A stretch of DNA of 64,000 nt from Gnetum montanum (lineage: Eukaryota; Plantae; Gnetophyta), in NCBI GenBank assembly GCA_015680685.1, contig MNCI01002813.1:1566287-1630286 (forward strand), written 5' to 3'. The notes beneath the pieces are model-generated. The model was not told the DNA's origin, ran no database searches, and saw only the letters and a list, made by a program, of their open reading frames with translations. The position numbers and the translations under genes are program-made. Below, piece by piece: positions 1 through 13,312 of the stretch (position 1 is the first letter of the stretch; each line of letters opens with the position of its first letter).

Positions 1-1944
1 GAAAACCAATAATTTATATTAGTCTTAATTCTTTGTTTACTAAAAGTAAACCTTAAATGCTAAAATTCCAAACCATGAATTTTATCCATGCAAATCAAGA
101 AGCCTGTTGTTGCCCCAGGAGTGTTCAATGGCACACCTAATTCTATGGTATAGAAAAACTGCAACTTCGATGCAACAGCTTCAACCTTTATAATTTATAG
201 TTTTATGCAACCTTATGAGTAAGGGAGACCTGACAATTTCTAAGGTCAGTTATACATTAGCTTCTTGCTGACCTTAAGGTTTAGAGAAAAGTTTAAAACT
301 ATATTGGTAGCCATAAAACAATTATTGTTTATGTTTTAATGTCACCGTCATTACATCTCAATATTTCTAAGCCAGTTATTCATGGTATGCTTTGCTAATG
401 TATTTGAATGCTCTTAGTTTTTGTCCTAATATTTTGCAAAAAATGTACTTTATTGCCAACCTTGTAACTTTGTTCTACAAGTCAAAAGTTCAATCTCAAG
501 TAGTTATAATGGGATATCAGGCATCGGGTAAAAGATGATACCTGAATCTAAAATTTGTTAAGATATCCTTAGGGACTGGTGGTCTCTACATTGACATAAT
601 ATTTGATTTTCAGTTTCAGAAAATGCACCTCAATTTTATCTTTTGGTATTACTGAAATTTGGGTGCCATGCTCCATGGTTGACTGTAGGACTATTGAAAA
701 TCCTTGAAGGGTGGGGTTCATCCTATTCATCCAAGAAAACATACAAAACAGAGAAATCAAGACAGGTTTCCAGAAAAAGAGCACAACATATTCCCAAGTT
801 GTCCATAATCCTGAGTGGCACTCAAGATATAAGTGTCTACACCATGTCTTAACATACATTTAAAGCAAACAAGGATCATTGTACAAAATCATGCACAACC
901 ATCCATGCTGGGCATGCATGAATCATCATACATAACGCAGCATGGTCTCACCGGTTTCATGTTACAACTTGGTTAGATATATTCACTATGGAAAAAATCT
1001 CAGGTATATTTTCAAACAATATTAAAAATTGATAGAAGGAGAGTGAAACCCTTACCATCTCACTTGTTACCCTAGCTATGTAATACTATTCTATTTGCCT
1101 ACTTGAAATTGAAATCGATTTTTAACCTCTGCCTACCAATGGGCCTGCGGCCAGGGACACAAAAACATGAGTGATGACATCACCATCATGATGATTAAGC
1201 ATTACCATGTTGAATGCATACAGTGGGACAACAACTTAAATGAATGCTCATGCATAGTGTCAACAATTCCAATTCAGAACTTTTATTGGAGCCATTTGAC
1301 GAAAAGCATACTAGAGATTGATGAATGTTGGGAAATTGTTGAAAATGATATTTTCACCCTGCAAAATCTCAATGCTCTCCATTTTCACAGAATCTAGCTG
1401 ATTTCATTGAGGCATGACACTAAAGAGAACTAAATAAAGAAAGAGTTAAAATTTGGGAAGCCTTACCATGGTGTGTTTGGTATACATTATAGCAAGAGAA
1501 AAACATATAACTTTTTCAATAGAAGCAATGTCACCTAGAATTAGTATGTACACCTTAATGCTGTGGTGAGACCTAGCATGCTATAGAAAAAAAATTTAAT
1601 GGAAAACCAATGATGAATCTATTTCTTAGATTAATTCTATTTTGTGTTCTAATTCATAAGTGCATGATATCTCTAGCATTATGAAATCTTGTTAACTAAT
1701 TTTTATTAAATTTTTTAACTTTAATTAATTTTGAGGAATTTAAAATTTAATTTTTTTAACTGAAATAAATTATAAAAATTTTATTATATTTAAAAGACTT
1801 TTTCAAAAGAGTCAGCTACACTACTTTTTCAAAAAAGTCAGTTGAAAAAGTTGCACTGAACTAGCAACTTTTTTATGATGAAAAATTCGGCGCCTTTTCC
1901 AAAAGTGGTGAAAAATCGCCAACTTTTTAATTATTATATATTAG

Positions 1945-4440
1945 TGTTGCAAGACTAGTTCGTAGATTCATAAAATTTCAAATTGAGATTCCATCTAAAA
2001 ACAGTTATTTGCCTAATTCCTGGCCCTCTTATTTGATATGATGGTGGTTGAGATCTTCTGCTTTTGATCTTCTCTATTGTAATGCCAAATTGCAATATTA
2101 TGATGTCAAGTAGTAGTGTGTCATGATGGCCTTTCTATATCACAGTTGTTGATTGAATTGGTGTTGGGTTATCATGGTCTTGCTATAGGGAGAAACCTGA
2201 AATTTGAGTTCTAACAAACTCTCCCTTAATTCAGCAATAGTGCAAAATTCTTGAGGTCATGTTTGTTTCTTAAGTAGTTTTGGCAGCCTTAAACTCTCCT
2301 TGGAAGTAGTCCTATTTAAGTGTTGCAGCTAAGAAGCTGTTTATCTAAGAGACTCATATGTCTCCTAAAATCATGTTTCTAAGTTCTACCCTATTAAAAT
2401 GTGTTGTGAGCATCCTCTCCTCTAGGAATGCTTAGCAAATGGGATTTGTTTGATGTTCCATGGTAAGGTGCATCTAAAATATCAAAAGACTTCTAAAGTT
2501 GTTTCACTTATTATGTGGTTGTTTGGTTGATGGATGTCTTATTGGTGACTAAATGTTTGATGGCTTGAGTTGAGAACTTTTGTAGTGCAAATTTCTCTGG
2601 TTGTCGTTTGTTTGTTTCAATATTTAAATAGTTGGATCAATGTTTGTGACTATGTGGAGAATTCCGAGATGTGTTTCAGAGAATGTAATGCCCATGTTGC
2701 AACTTGGAAAAACTTGCCAAGTTGTGTTGCATAGTGAAAGAGTAATTATCTTGCTAGATAGTCTTATGAATACAAGATCAAATTGGCTAGTTATTAAATA
2801 AACATTGTTTGGAAGGATGATTTCGTATTGCTTCCTTCCAACCAACATGATATATGTGAATATGAAATGGTGGCTTTGGTATAGACATGGAACTCCAATG
2901 CTTCATGAGCTAGACTGGTGAGACTCATTGGTCTCAAGGCCTGATGTGAAACATGGTGTGTTGGCAAAATTTGAGATGCTTGTTTGTTGAGACATGGCTC
3001 CCATGAAGCATGTACTCTTTGAGAAGAGGTCTCACAAGTCCATCACCATGGTTAAAAATAAATCATGACAAGCCTTCAAATCAATTAAAAAATCATCAAT
3101 GGATGCCAAGTTACCATTTGGACAACTTCAACAAGACTATGAGAGAGGAGCACATCTCTTACATAGGTATGGGACTATGCAAGAGGACACGTCTCTTAGA
3201 TCCTAAAAAAGTGGATCTAATGAATGCCTCCATGACACTAATCCTTTGGATTGTTCTTATTCCTCTCATCATTATGTGGGGATGGTTGCTTGGCTCCACC
3301 AAATGGATTTTTCCTTTCATGTAAAGCATCAATTAGAGTGGCGTATCAAGTTTCGAGGTTGGTACCTTCCTTTGAACCTAGTATCAATCATGATAGTTCA
3401 TTCCTTATGTTTGACGAAGATCAAACTTGTACATCGAGGGTACTTTTGAAGTTTATCCTAGGCTCTGCTCAAAGGTCACTGCTTCTTGTATGAGGGGAGA
3501 GTTGTGAGCAAGGTCTCAAGATTGGCAGTTCCCCTAGTTCCTCTCCATAATTCATGGACTATGAAACACTTACAAATTTGAACCCCCAACACCATGATTT
3601 GTAGTCATATGCTCTCATCCTCTAAGCTACAGGCCAACATTATCCTTCTATGGCACTCTAGTGTATAGAAAACCTCTCCAACTTGGCAAATCCAAGGAAT
3701 AATGAAGCTCCACCCTATTCCTTCCTCTCTACCTCTTTGTCCTCCCTCTCTACTTGGAGAACTATGTGTGAGTCTAATTCTACGGTGGTCAAAAATCTAT
3801 AGGTAACCTACACTGGAAGTTAGAGGTGAGGTACCCACTAGAGATACATCATCGTTTTCCATTGATGACATCCTCAGTGTTGTTTGTTCATTTGTCCTTG
3901 TTGGAGTCATAGATGTTCCTCCTACACGCATATTTAAGACTTAGGAAGATTCTCTTATGTTGCAGGTTCCCTTCTTGATGGAGAAGTGGGATATCATTTG
4001 GAATGATGGTAAGGTGCTCATTTCTACCAAGTGTGTGCTCAAGCTTTTGCTCATCTACCAACCCTCTAGCAGCCTACTTGCTTGGATGAGCATTAAGCCT
4101 CCAAATCATAACCCTTTTCTAGGGAAATTTTCCTTCCATAGCTTCTTCTTGCAACATTTCTACTAAAATTGTTCTCCCTTCCTATTTTGGATTTTTGTTC
4201 TTGATTCTTCAATTGTCTAAGGTGATGTATCTCCAGATTCCCAAATTTATATACTAATTTCACAAATCAACATTTAGATTTTAGGAGTGAAGTTCTTCAA
4301 TTTGCAGATATCAATATTTCAAACAGAAAATTACAAGCTGATGCTGAAACAAAGAAGACATTGTAAGCTTTTTTTGAGGAGAGGTGGAAGGGAGAGAGAA
4401 GAAATCCCTATTCTATAGTGGCTGGCTAATAAGGGAAAAA
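1945..4440 (-). mobile_element. Decayed LTR-retrotransposon remnant: 3' LTR (1945-2216), PPT and unclassified internal sequence
   Basis: 1945-2216 is bounded by tgtt...aaca. On the minus strand it is preceded by the purine tract aagggagagtt (2227-2217). No domain recognised in the internal part; the upstream boundary is approximate. Confidence 0.45.
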
Positions 4441-4444
4441 GGAA

Positions 4445-5905
4445 ATGACTGGTTTTAGAACACAATCATCTTGTGTTGAATTCTATGATATGCTATGGTT
4501 AATTGAAAATGCAAAAAGCTGTCTAACTCACGAAAATATGACAAAATGGAAGCAAGATATTGCAAGAATTGACAAATTCAAATCCAAACATTATGGCTCA
4601 CTGTGATTCTAAAATGGAGAAGTGGAGACATGCTCTAGAATCAAAAGGCTTAAAAATTAACAAGATTAAGTCAATATATGGAATACAATTTCAATAATAG
4701 CATAAACAATGATGAAATAGATGTGACAATTCAAGGTCAAAAGGTCCCTCATAGCAAACAGCTCCATTACCTACGATCAATGATCCAATTAGATAGTGAA
4801 ATTGATAAAGATATAAGAAATAGAATTGAGGCAGGATTGTCAAAGTGGAGACAGACTAGTGGTGTTCTATGTAATAAAAGAATATCAATTAGACTAAAGA
4901 GAAAATTTTAAAGGACAACAATCCAGCTAGCTATATTTATATGGTGTTGAATGGTAGGTAGTACAAAAGTGGTATGAACAACAAATTAGTGTGGCAAAAA
5001 TACAAATGTTTAGATAGATGTTGAATATTACTAGAAGAATAAAGTACACAATACAAATATTAGAGAAATACTTGGAGTGGCTGCTATTTTAGATAAGTTA
5101 CAGGAATGTTGACTTAGATGGTTTGGGCATGTACAAAGAATATTAGACAATGTAGCTATAAAAAAGGGGGATTATATCATTGTTCTAAGAAAACCATTGA
5201 AAGGAAGACTGAAAAAAACATGGGAAAAATGATTGAAGAAGATACGAAGAAATTGTAAATAAATAAAGATCTAGCTCTTTACAAAGGCAAATGATGAAAA
5301 AGAACTCATGTAGCCAACCCCATTTTGTTGGGACAAGGATAGGATGAGAATCATGATGATGATTATGATGGCTCAGTATGATTCTGGGTTTTAGGAACTC
5401 ATTAAAAGCTTTTGTCAATTGTTTTGATTAACATTTGATAAATCTACAAAGACACATTTCATTTGCAGCAAAGTGCAACATTTCAGAGAGAACTGTGATG
5501 GATTAGTTGCAGAGATGTCTGGATTGAAGTTGTCTATAACAAAACGCAGAAATTTGGAGATGATGGCAAAGTAATCAAAATAGATAAAGGAAAGTTTGTG
5601 AGTTTAGAAAGGGATTCAAACATGTTTAGAAGAGAACAGTAAGAAATTTTAACTGATGTTAATTTCAAGTGTGTGAAGCCTGATTTTATCAATCACTCAA
5701 ATGGAGAAGCTTTGATAAATAATATTTGAGGCAGTTGGTTATAAGTATCATAATCACAGCAAATGTTTTAAGGATGCTACTATCAGCATTCATTCAAATA
5801 ACATTGAAAGTACTTAGAGAGTTATCAAAAGATTTTTACCACGACATTGAATTCATAAAAGATGTTATAAATCTTACTTTGCAGAATATATTTTGTGAAT
5901 GAGGT
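4445..5905 (+). mobile_element. Decayed Merlin / IS1595 (ISXO2-like) DDE transposase, split by an RTE insertion
   Basis: Manual translation 5470-5905 with stops and frameshifts: CNISERTVMD*, CRDVWIEVVYNKTQKFGDDGKVIKIDKGKF, LERDS, CVKPDFINHSN, GYKYHNHSKCFKDATISIHSNNIEST*RVIKRFLPRH, YKSYFAEYIL. These match the IGGxGxxVEIDESKF / VNHSxxFVD / HTNxIES.W motifs. A plausible N-terminal part lies at 4445-4610. Confidence 0.75.
4611..5367 (+). mobile_element. 5'-truncated RTE-clade LINE
   Basis: RT C-terminus (ALESKGLKINK, DIRNRIEAGLSKWRQTSGVLCNKRI, LRWFGHVQR), 3' stem-loop agccaaccccattttgttgggacaagg and a (GAT)n tail. TSD atggctcactgtgattct (4593-4610) / atggctcagtatgattct (5368-5385). Confidence 0.9.
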
Positions 5906-6482
5906 TAACTGCAAAAACAGGAAGAAGCATTAACATGCTGGTGAAGTATATCAAGGTGTGTATAATCAGTTTTGAAAATAACAAGGAAAATCACAGAAAA
6001 GTGGCCAACAGTAGAGCAGAATAATGAGAAATAACAATAATAATGTCACAGTCCTTTGCTGATTTCTATTCTTAAGATTTTATATTTTTTCAGGAATTCT
6101 TTTGATAGCAAGGAAGAAAAATGATTGTAAATTTCTGATGTTTAGAATGATTCTAGTTTGAAGCAAAGTTTGAAAATTTTATGTGAACCAGATTGTAATA
6201 TGACTCAAATTCTAGATTCGTGAGCAACAATTTTATCTATCTATTCTGCTTCCACTGTATTGTCTATTTGTGAGACAAAAAGCATCCATTATTCTCTCTA
6301 ATTGAACGTAAACGTTCATCCAAAACAGCAGGTAATTGTGAGCTTTATAGGCAATGCTGGTAAATGAAGCATAAACTTTCCGTATCAAGTAAGCTTCTAT
6401 TAAGCCAAACAACCAGACTAAATCAAATGTACATAAACATTATTAAAATAGAAGGCAATAGTACTGAAATCATTGGCAATAC

Positions 6483-6953
6483 CTGAAGTTTCTTATCAAT
6501 AGACATCATCAAGAACTTGCGAACACAAGTGAGGGCAGTGTGCTCATTGTTCTTCAAAATCTGCCTCTCCTCCTCCAAGAGGGCCTCAGCAGCCCTGGTG
6601 AAGCCAACCCAAGTGATCTTGCGGCTATCCATGTACAATTCAAAAATGTTATGATACTTCTTTAGAAATTCCGACAACCTGAAATCATTGGCGAAGTTGA
6701 GCTGACTTTTGAAGTGGCCAAGAAATCTGACCTCCATGACCTGCTCAGGTTCCTTCTTCAGAATGTCCATCACAGTCAACACCTTTGAAAGAGATTTCTG
6801 TTTGTCTATTACGTTTTCCAACTCCCATACGCGTTTTTTGGGGCTCCGCTGCTGCACTTTGGCTCCTTGTTGTCTGAACCGTTTCTGTTGCAGTTGCCAG
6901 AATTCATAATCGACAAACTGTTTCGTGAATTTCTGGACCAGACTCGATGCCAT
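6483..6953 (-). CDS. PORR (plant organelle RNA recognition) domain protein, LEFKOTHEA/EMB1692-like, first coding exon; gene continues beyond the window start
   Basis: ATG at 6953. VQQRSPKKRVWELE...LKKEPEQVM...SEFLKKYHNIFELY...WVGFT..AEALLEEE...FLMMSIDKKLQ matches the PORR N-half. Similarity ends at a CAG|GTATT donor (GT at 6482-6481, phase 0). The expected continuation (DKIxHFRRDxGLP) was not found in 1-6480. Orthology is from remembered sequence. Confidence 0.85.
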
Positions 6954-7827
6954 TGTTCTTGGTGATGACAACAAATTTGAAATTTTTAAATTTAAAAACT
7001 GGATTGCTATAGGGCTAGAGGAATTTCGAAGTTTAAGTGAAAACGCTCATCAATGTTAAAAAAGCTCTTCTGATAATCGATTTGTGACTGCGTATCACTG
7101 GATTGGACAACGCTGGTGCGTAAAAGCGTAGTAAACTAAGCATGTTTACCGACGCATGATACCTCCCATTCACATAGCCAGGGATGGGCGGCAACAGTCG
7201 ACGAGCCTAAGCAAGTGTTGCAAAGGATTTTTTTTGGATAGGACTGATAAAGGATCAAAATTGAAAATAAAGTAATGGAAAATAACAGCCCGGTAATTCA
7301 GTTTAGATTTTATTTATCACGTTCTTCTGTAGCTTGTTCGTTGTTACTAAGAGGAGAGATGATTTCTATCCTTTGAAAAGTTGACAAGTGGCTTTTGAAT
7401 TAATAAGAAGAGGCTATTCAAAAAGGTTGTTCTTTCAAGTGATACATGAGGCATTGTTATATTTCTCCATTTGGCTAAATATTGTGAATGTATTTATAGT
7501 AAAATTATTTTGAGTTCCAAAGCCCTTTCTTCCAAGGAGACTAATAGCTTTCTAAACTCATGTCCCAAATATGTCCACAAAGATATGAATACCACTTGCA
7601 CAAGCATTCTTATAAAAACATCTATTTGCCATCATCCATCCTTGTTTCAACAAATAATTTGTTATTAAAATTTTTCGTCTTTGTGCTAATTCAAAAAATA
7701 GATAAACCTTAATGATTAGACCAACTTTCTTCATATCCACTTAACCTATGCATAAAGTATCATAACCCTCTACCACTTTTATTTTTTCTTATAACCAATT
7801 TTTACCATCCTAAGAAAATTTCTTGTA

Positions 7828-7980
7828 GGGGGTGTTGGAACCCAGAACATTTTTTTAACAATTTTTACCAAGAAGACATATAGTCAAATTAGAACTTTAA
7901 ATTTTTTATTGCCCACCACCATCAAACCCATAACTTGCATTTACCAAATTAAGAGCCTTACCACTAAGCTAACACCTCCT
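7828..7980 (-). mobile_element. tRNA-derived SINE, family A
   Basis: The minus strand reads gaggtgttagcttagtggtaagg (A box)...gggtttgat (B box)...gggttccaacacccc, similar to the copy at 46693. Confidence 0.65.
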
Positions 7981-8179
7981 TGTTTTCATGCATTAATTTT
8001 TCATCTATGTATGTATTTTTAAGTCATGCCCATATCACAAAAGCATCAATAATATGTAGTCTTATAAAATCTTCTTATGTAGTTTAGATATTTAGTCTTT
8101 ATTATTTTAACTCATGTGACATTTTCATTTGTAACTCTATAAACTAACTTTCCTAAGAAAGATGTATTTAAAAATAACT

Positions 8180-8272
8180 TATTAGTCTAGTGGTAAGACT
8201 CTTGGTTTAGAAAACCTAAGTTATGGAATTAATTCCAGTTATGCTGAATTATAAAGTTCTACTTAAGTCTTA
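8180..8272 (+). mobile_element. tRNA-derived SINE, family A (degraded)
   Basis: ttagtctagtggtaagactcttggtttag...gctgaattataaagttcta resembles the other family A copies. Confidence 0.5.
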
Positions 8273-10029
8273 TGAAGATTTCATATTAACTATAGGTCGA
8301 AAGGATACATATGGTCTACTCAAGAATAAAGGGCATAGAGGAAGTGGTACAATGTAAAATGAATTCCATGCTATGGAAACCATTGTGGCACATTGGCATC
8401 TTGTACCACATTTACACTATCGAACACATCACCATCACATACCACATTTACTCTCCAGCAATAATTCTGCATTTACTAAACACAAGTATCTAGCATCCTT
8501 TTGAATATTTACTAATTCAAGACAAGTTTTACTGGCTTTCAACCACTTTCAATGACCAGTCATTAGCAAATGGCAAACCAAGCCCCAAAATGGCACGTGC
8601 ATAGTTAGATGCTAAATGTAATAGTTATAGATTCAATACCCATGTCAATTATAATAATGGTATTGTCATAATACGACATCTGAAAGTAAAATTAAGTACT
8701 AAATTCTACCAAAGCAATTTCTCCACAGAATTTAAAAATGGTAAATTTTCATATTTATTTCAAACTTTGCAATACCATCGCCAAAAACCCTAAAGTTTGT
8801 GGCTTATGGGCTTTCAAATTAATTTTAAATATTAAAAATCCGTCAAAATTAATTATTTAAACAATAACAACATTAAGGTTTAAATTTTCGTGATCAAGCA
8901 ATATGCAAAATGAGCTAAACCTCTCCATAGGAGAAATTTATGTATCACCCTATGATCCATTGTCACTCTGCAGATGGAATTTGAACTCAGTACCAGACAA
9001 ACCTTTGGACGTTGAATTTCACAAAAAAACCTGCAACTGCATTTCATATGCATTTCTGGTTTTTAACATGATAAAAGTATCAAGCTTTGGTTGATTCTAT
9101 TTTCAAACCAAGCTGTCGACAATATTAACAATGCTAATATTAATCATTGTCTACTCGGAATTCCATCTTCATTAATTTGTAGCAGTAACTGCATAGCTAG
9201 AATGATATTGCAACCAAAACAAAAAGACACCATGCATCGATTAAAAGAATTTCAATTTTAAACATTACTTTTACCGAATTTATGTGTACTTCAATAAAAT
9301 TCTGAGGATGAAATCCCTTTAGAATGCAAAATCCGATCTTCCTAACACGCATCCGATACTTAACCGATATCATATAGAATTTCAAATGCTGCAAGCAACA
9401 ACAATACATGAAACCTACATTTTAATTAGAAATTCAATATCCTAGCCTATATTCCTCTAGGCATATAGAAACAAATATATATATATGGTTGAAAGGAAAA
9501 TAAAGCAAAAGGTAGACCTTGAATATTGACTGAAGTATCATTTTGTGCACATACATAACCATCTATGCAAATCCGCTAAAAGTGAATTATACCCATCTTT
9601 CTCTGTTAAATTTCATTCACCCACGTAGCTTGATGGGATTCATGAGAATATTCATTGGTTAATATTGACTGCCACATAAACAGAATTTGGACCTTTGAAT
9701 TATACATGCTATAAAAAAAATGTACAAACTGTTTAGTGCCTTAACGAATGTGCCTCGAAAGAGTTGCATATCAACCTCTTTAAGCATGGCACCAGCATAA
9801 TAACGGAAAACACCAAGGCATCAAGTTCAAAGCAGTTCCCAGTTTGTGGACATTAAGGGTTTCCAAACCTCTGGAATCCAGGTAGAGCTTAACTAACAAA
9901 ATGTAAAGAGATCAAGTAAATGCACAGATCTGTGACAACGAATCCAAAAGTCAACAATAAATGAACCTATATGTTACTTTCAGGCTTTGCCACCAACATT
10001 CATTTAGCATAAAAAGCCACATCTTATAA

Positions 10030-10404
10030 TCAACTCACAACAGATCTCTGACTGAAACTGTTGCTACCTGTCGGATGAGCAACAAGCACTGCTTCATTAC
10101 TCACAGCTCTAGATGCAGCAACTGCTTCTAAACGCTTCCAAGCAATTTCCCGCTTTTCTTGCATTCCCTTTGCATGTGCTTCTTCTTCATGATATCTATC
10201 CTGGCATTGGTGATAAAGATCCTCATCCATTTGCAAGAAAATTTTCCTCACATTCAAAGTTAAGTTATGAACAGCCTGATTCCAGTGGTTACTTGTATTC
10301 TTTTCCAAAGATGGAAATATAAGAGGAAGAATCACATGTCTGTTTTGTGCAATTAAGTTCACAATATGATCATTATTCCATATAAATAATGCCCTTTCAG
10401 CCAC
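10030..10404 (-). CDS. PP2A-B': PP2A regulatory subunit B' (B56), last coding exon
   Basis: Acceptor tttttttatAG|GTG (AG at 10406-10405). VAERALFIWNNDHIVNLI...HWNQAVHNLTLNVRKIF is the conserved B56 C-terminus. TGA at 10032-10030. Confidence 0.96.
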   Translation of the reverse strand: MAERALFIWNNDHIVNLIAQNRHVILPLIFPSLEKNTSNHWNQAVHNLTLNVRKIFLQMDEDLYHQCQDRYHEEEAHAKGMQEKREIAWKRLEAVAASRAVSNEAVLVAHPTGSNSFSQRSVVS

Positions 10405-10921
10405 CTATAAAAAAATTCCATGTCAGTCAATATGCTAGCTAGCACAGAAAATCAATCTACACTAGTGTTATTCATAATCCTATCCTACAAATAATAAGAA
10501 ATTATTAAGAGTGACAATAAACCATGAAATTAACGTATAAATAAAAATTTCATAAAACAGAAATGAAAACTAAATAAATTTTTTTAAAAAAGTGTAAGAA
10601 TGTGGCATGATATTAAAAAGCCAATATAGATGATAATGCAAATATAATTCTTAGAAAAATGAAGATTTCTTAGTTCCAATAGAAGTTTCTACCAACCATT
10701 ATTACTACTCTTATGTGAAACTTGGGAGACACGATTTCCCAGATTTTCATGTTACGTATTTTCAAAAATATTTAATTGAAAAAAAATAGAAGATAGTAAA
10801 GAGATTTAGAATCTCAAGTGGCATTACCTTTCTGGTGAGAGATGAATGTATGCATTGTGTAGAATGCTATAAAATATATTATTATAAGCAATATGTATGG
10901 TTAAAAATTGTATCTTCAGCA

Positions 10922-11061
10922 GGTACTATATTTCTTGCCTTACTCCATCCCAAAAAGTTTTTGAATTTAAGATCGATTTTAAATCTCTCCACCGAGGTAC
11001 AATATTTCTTGCCTTCATCCCAAAAAGTTCTCCAATTTAAGATTAATCTGAACTCTCCACT
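10922..11061. repeat. Two imperfect ~70-bp tandem copies
   Basis: ggtac(t/a)atatttcttgcctt...catcccaaaaagtt...aatttaagat...ctctccac starts at 10922 and again at 10996. Confidence 0.7.
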
Positions 11062-11408
11062 GAACATCCCTTTCAGTTTTTAAGGAATGATATTATTGAA
11101 ATTGCTCATGTTAGAAAAGGAATCTTGTGAGGAGATGTTTAATGTTCACATTGAAACAGAACAAATTCCATTTTTGGAGTGGAATGGAGCAGATTTCATG
11201 AGTACAAAACATGATGAACACTTGCATCTCTCCTGATAAAAAGCATAAATAAGTTTAGTCAAGAATTGATATCCTAGGGACAAGGCCTCACCCTTATTGC
11301 CCTAATTGTATTTCAAAATTTTCAGATTGTATGCTATATACTGTTGAAGGCTTCAAAAAAAAATTCACTGATTGATTTGCTTTTATGCTTTTATGCATTC
11401 ATGACAGT

Positions 11409-11980
11409 TCATCACCATCATCCTAACCTTGTCCCAACAAAATAGGATCAGTATCATGAGTTCTCTTTTGCCATTCACCTCTATGAAAAGCTAGATCTTT
11501 GTTTATTTACCATTTATTCAAATCATCTTCAATCGTTTTTGTCATGTCTTTTGCTTTTCTGCAACAAAGAGGTAGCAACCTTTTCTAATAGGCTTATTAT
11601 CTTATCTTTTTTTGACATGCTCAAACCATTTGAGATGCTATTCCTGTAACTTATCTAAGATATAAGCAACTCCAAGTCCTCCACTAATGTTTGTATTGTA
11701 CAGTTTATCTCTTCTTATAACATTCAACATCCATTTAAACATTCATATTTCTGTCGCACTGATTTTTTGTCTACACCTCTATTGTACCACCCAACATTCA
11801 GCACCATATGAGATTGTAGAACTAATAACTCTCCTAAAAAGTTTTTCCTTTAGTTTTATTGGGATTCTTTTATCACATGAAATACCACTAGCCTATCTCC
11901 ATTTTGTCCATCCAGCCTCAATCCTATTTCTTATATATTTATCAATTTCACCATCTAATTGAAGCATTGATCCTAGGCAG
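11409..11980 (-). mobile_element. 5'-truncated RTE-clade LINE (same family as 4611-5367)
   Basis: Minus strand LGSMLQLDGEIDKYIRNRIEAGWTKWR...YGAECW...LKWFEHV and a (GAT)n-type tail. TSD tgcattcatgacagt (11394-11408) / tgcaatcatgacagt (11981-11995). Confidence 0.9.
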
Positions 11981-12094
11981 TGCAATCATGACAGTAATTG
12001 TTACAGCAGCAAAGGCTTAAATATAAAGACACACATGTCAATTCTGTGTAAGGGCAGTAGTTGTCTTTCAATTCATGTCTTTCTCACTTAACTT

Positions 12095-12269
12095 TTTCAG
12101 TTTATTGCAACTTAAATATAACTTCAAAAAATGTAGAAATAACTTAAGAGAAAGGTTAGTTCATGAGGGGAAAAAAGTGTCTTTCAGTTTATTGCAACTT
12201 AAATATAACTTCAAAAAATGTAGAAATAACTTAAGAGAAAGGATAGTTCATGAGGGGGGAAAAGTGTCT
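12095..12269. repeat. Near-perfect 87-bp tandem duplication
   Basis: tttcagtttattgcaacttaaatataac...aaagtgtc occurs twice. This explains the repeated peptide in ORF 12075..12353. Confidence 0.9.
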
Positions 12270-12427
12270 TCAAAATGGGATATTTACGGAGAAGACTTAA
12301 AACCCAAGGAACTCAGACAAATGATCTCAAAGAAAACTCCTAAGAGCATGTAGAAACAAACTGCAAGAAAAAAAAGCATTATACTTGCATCAATTTTCGG
12401 GAGGATCCTTAATGCAAAAGCCTACTT

Positions 12428-12578
12428 GGCTCAATGCTCATCCTTCCAAGACAGGGTTCTAGAAGGGTTGATGGATGAGTGAAAACTAACGTCTTTTATG
12501 TGGATGTACTTAGGCTCAAACCCAAGTCTTACAACTTCAAAAACAAGCACTTTACCATCACTCCAAATGATGGTCCCT
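12428..12578 (-). mobile_element. tRNA-derived SINE, family B (Au-like)
   Basis: Minus strand A box gagtgatggtaaagtg and B box gggtttgagcc. Perfect 13-bp TSD caaaagcctactt (12415-12427 / 12579-12591). Homolog at 44821-44980. Confidence 0.8.
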
Positions 12579-13312
12579 CAAAAGCCTACTTAAATGCGTG
12601 CTGCAATTGCAATGTGAATTACAGTTGAATCTCTCATACTTGTACTGGATCATAGTATCTTTTGATCCACACAGAAAGGTGGATTAATCTTCTAAGAGAG
12701 CAACAAACATGTCGATTCTATGTAAGGGTGGTAGTTGCCTTTCAGTTCATGTCTTTCAATTCAAGAAAATTTTTCAATTCATTGAGACTTAAATATGACA
12801 TTCAAGAAAAACATTTGCTACAATTTTAAGAGTGATAAATTTTAACAGTGAGAATTATCAACTTTAGGGCACTTCCCTCATCAACTATTCAATAAGGTTT
12901 TCTGGATTCATCAAGAACATATAAAAACCTTGTAGAAGTTTCTTGTATATCTATCATGTACCCCCTTTAGTTTTTGCTAACGTAATAAAGCATTTCCATT
13001 TCAATAATCTTAGCTATCAACACAAATATTATCTCTTATCTGATTTAAACTAACAAAGTAAAAGTGAAAGCATCTTTTCTACAACACCTATTCAAACTAA
13101 CAAAACAAATATATATATATATTCGCCAGATTCAGTGTGTAGTAAAAGGGTGATTAAGAAGTAATCAAATTATTCCCTTGAACCTTATCATAAGTCTTTT
13201 GAGGTTTAATGATTCTATCAGTCATCAGGATGGTTTCGGTAATGACTTAGTGAGAGTCGGAACAATAAAAAGTTCAAAATTTACATACCATTGTTATATA
13301 TGAACATATCCC

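Noticed and set aside
569-859. ORF as exon 2 of the PORR gene
   Set aside because: No PORR motif was seen in this ORF or in the surrounding minus-strand sequence.
1200-1600. Possible L1 3' remnant (WEALPWCVW, A-run)
   Set aside because: Too degraded to support boundaries or a family.
6423-6482. Hydrophobic C-terminal tail of the 183-aa ORF
   Set aside because: Read-through into the intron after the GT donor.
8920-9035. Possible 3'-UTR exon of PP2A B' (ttgcAG...GAG|gt on minus)
   Set aside because: Splice-like dinucleotides only; needs transcript data.
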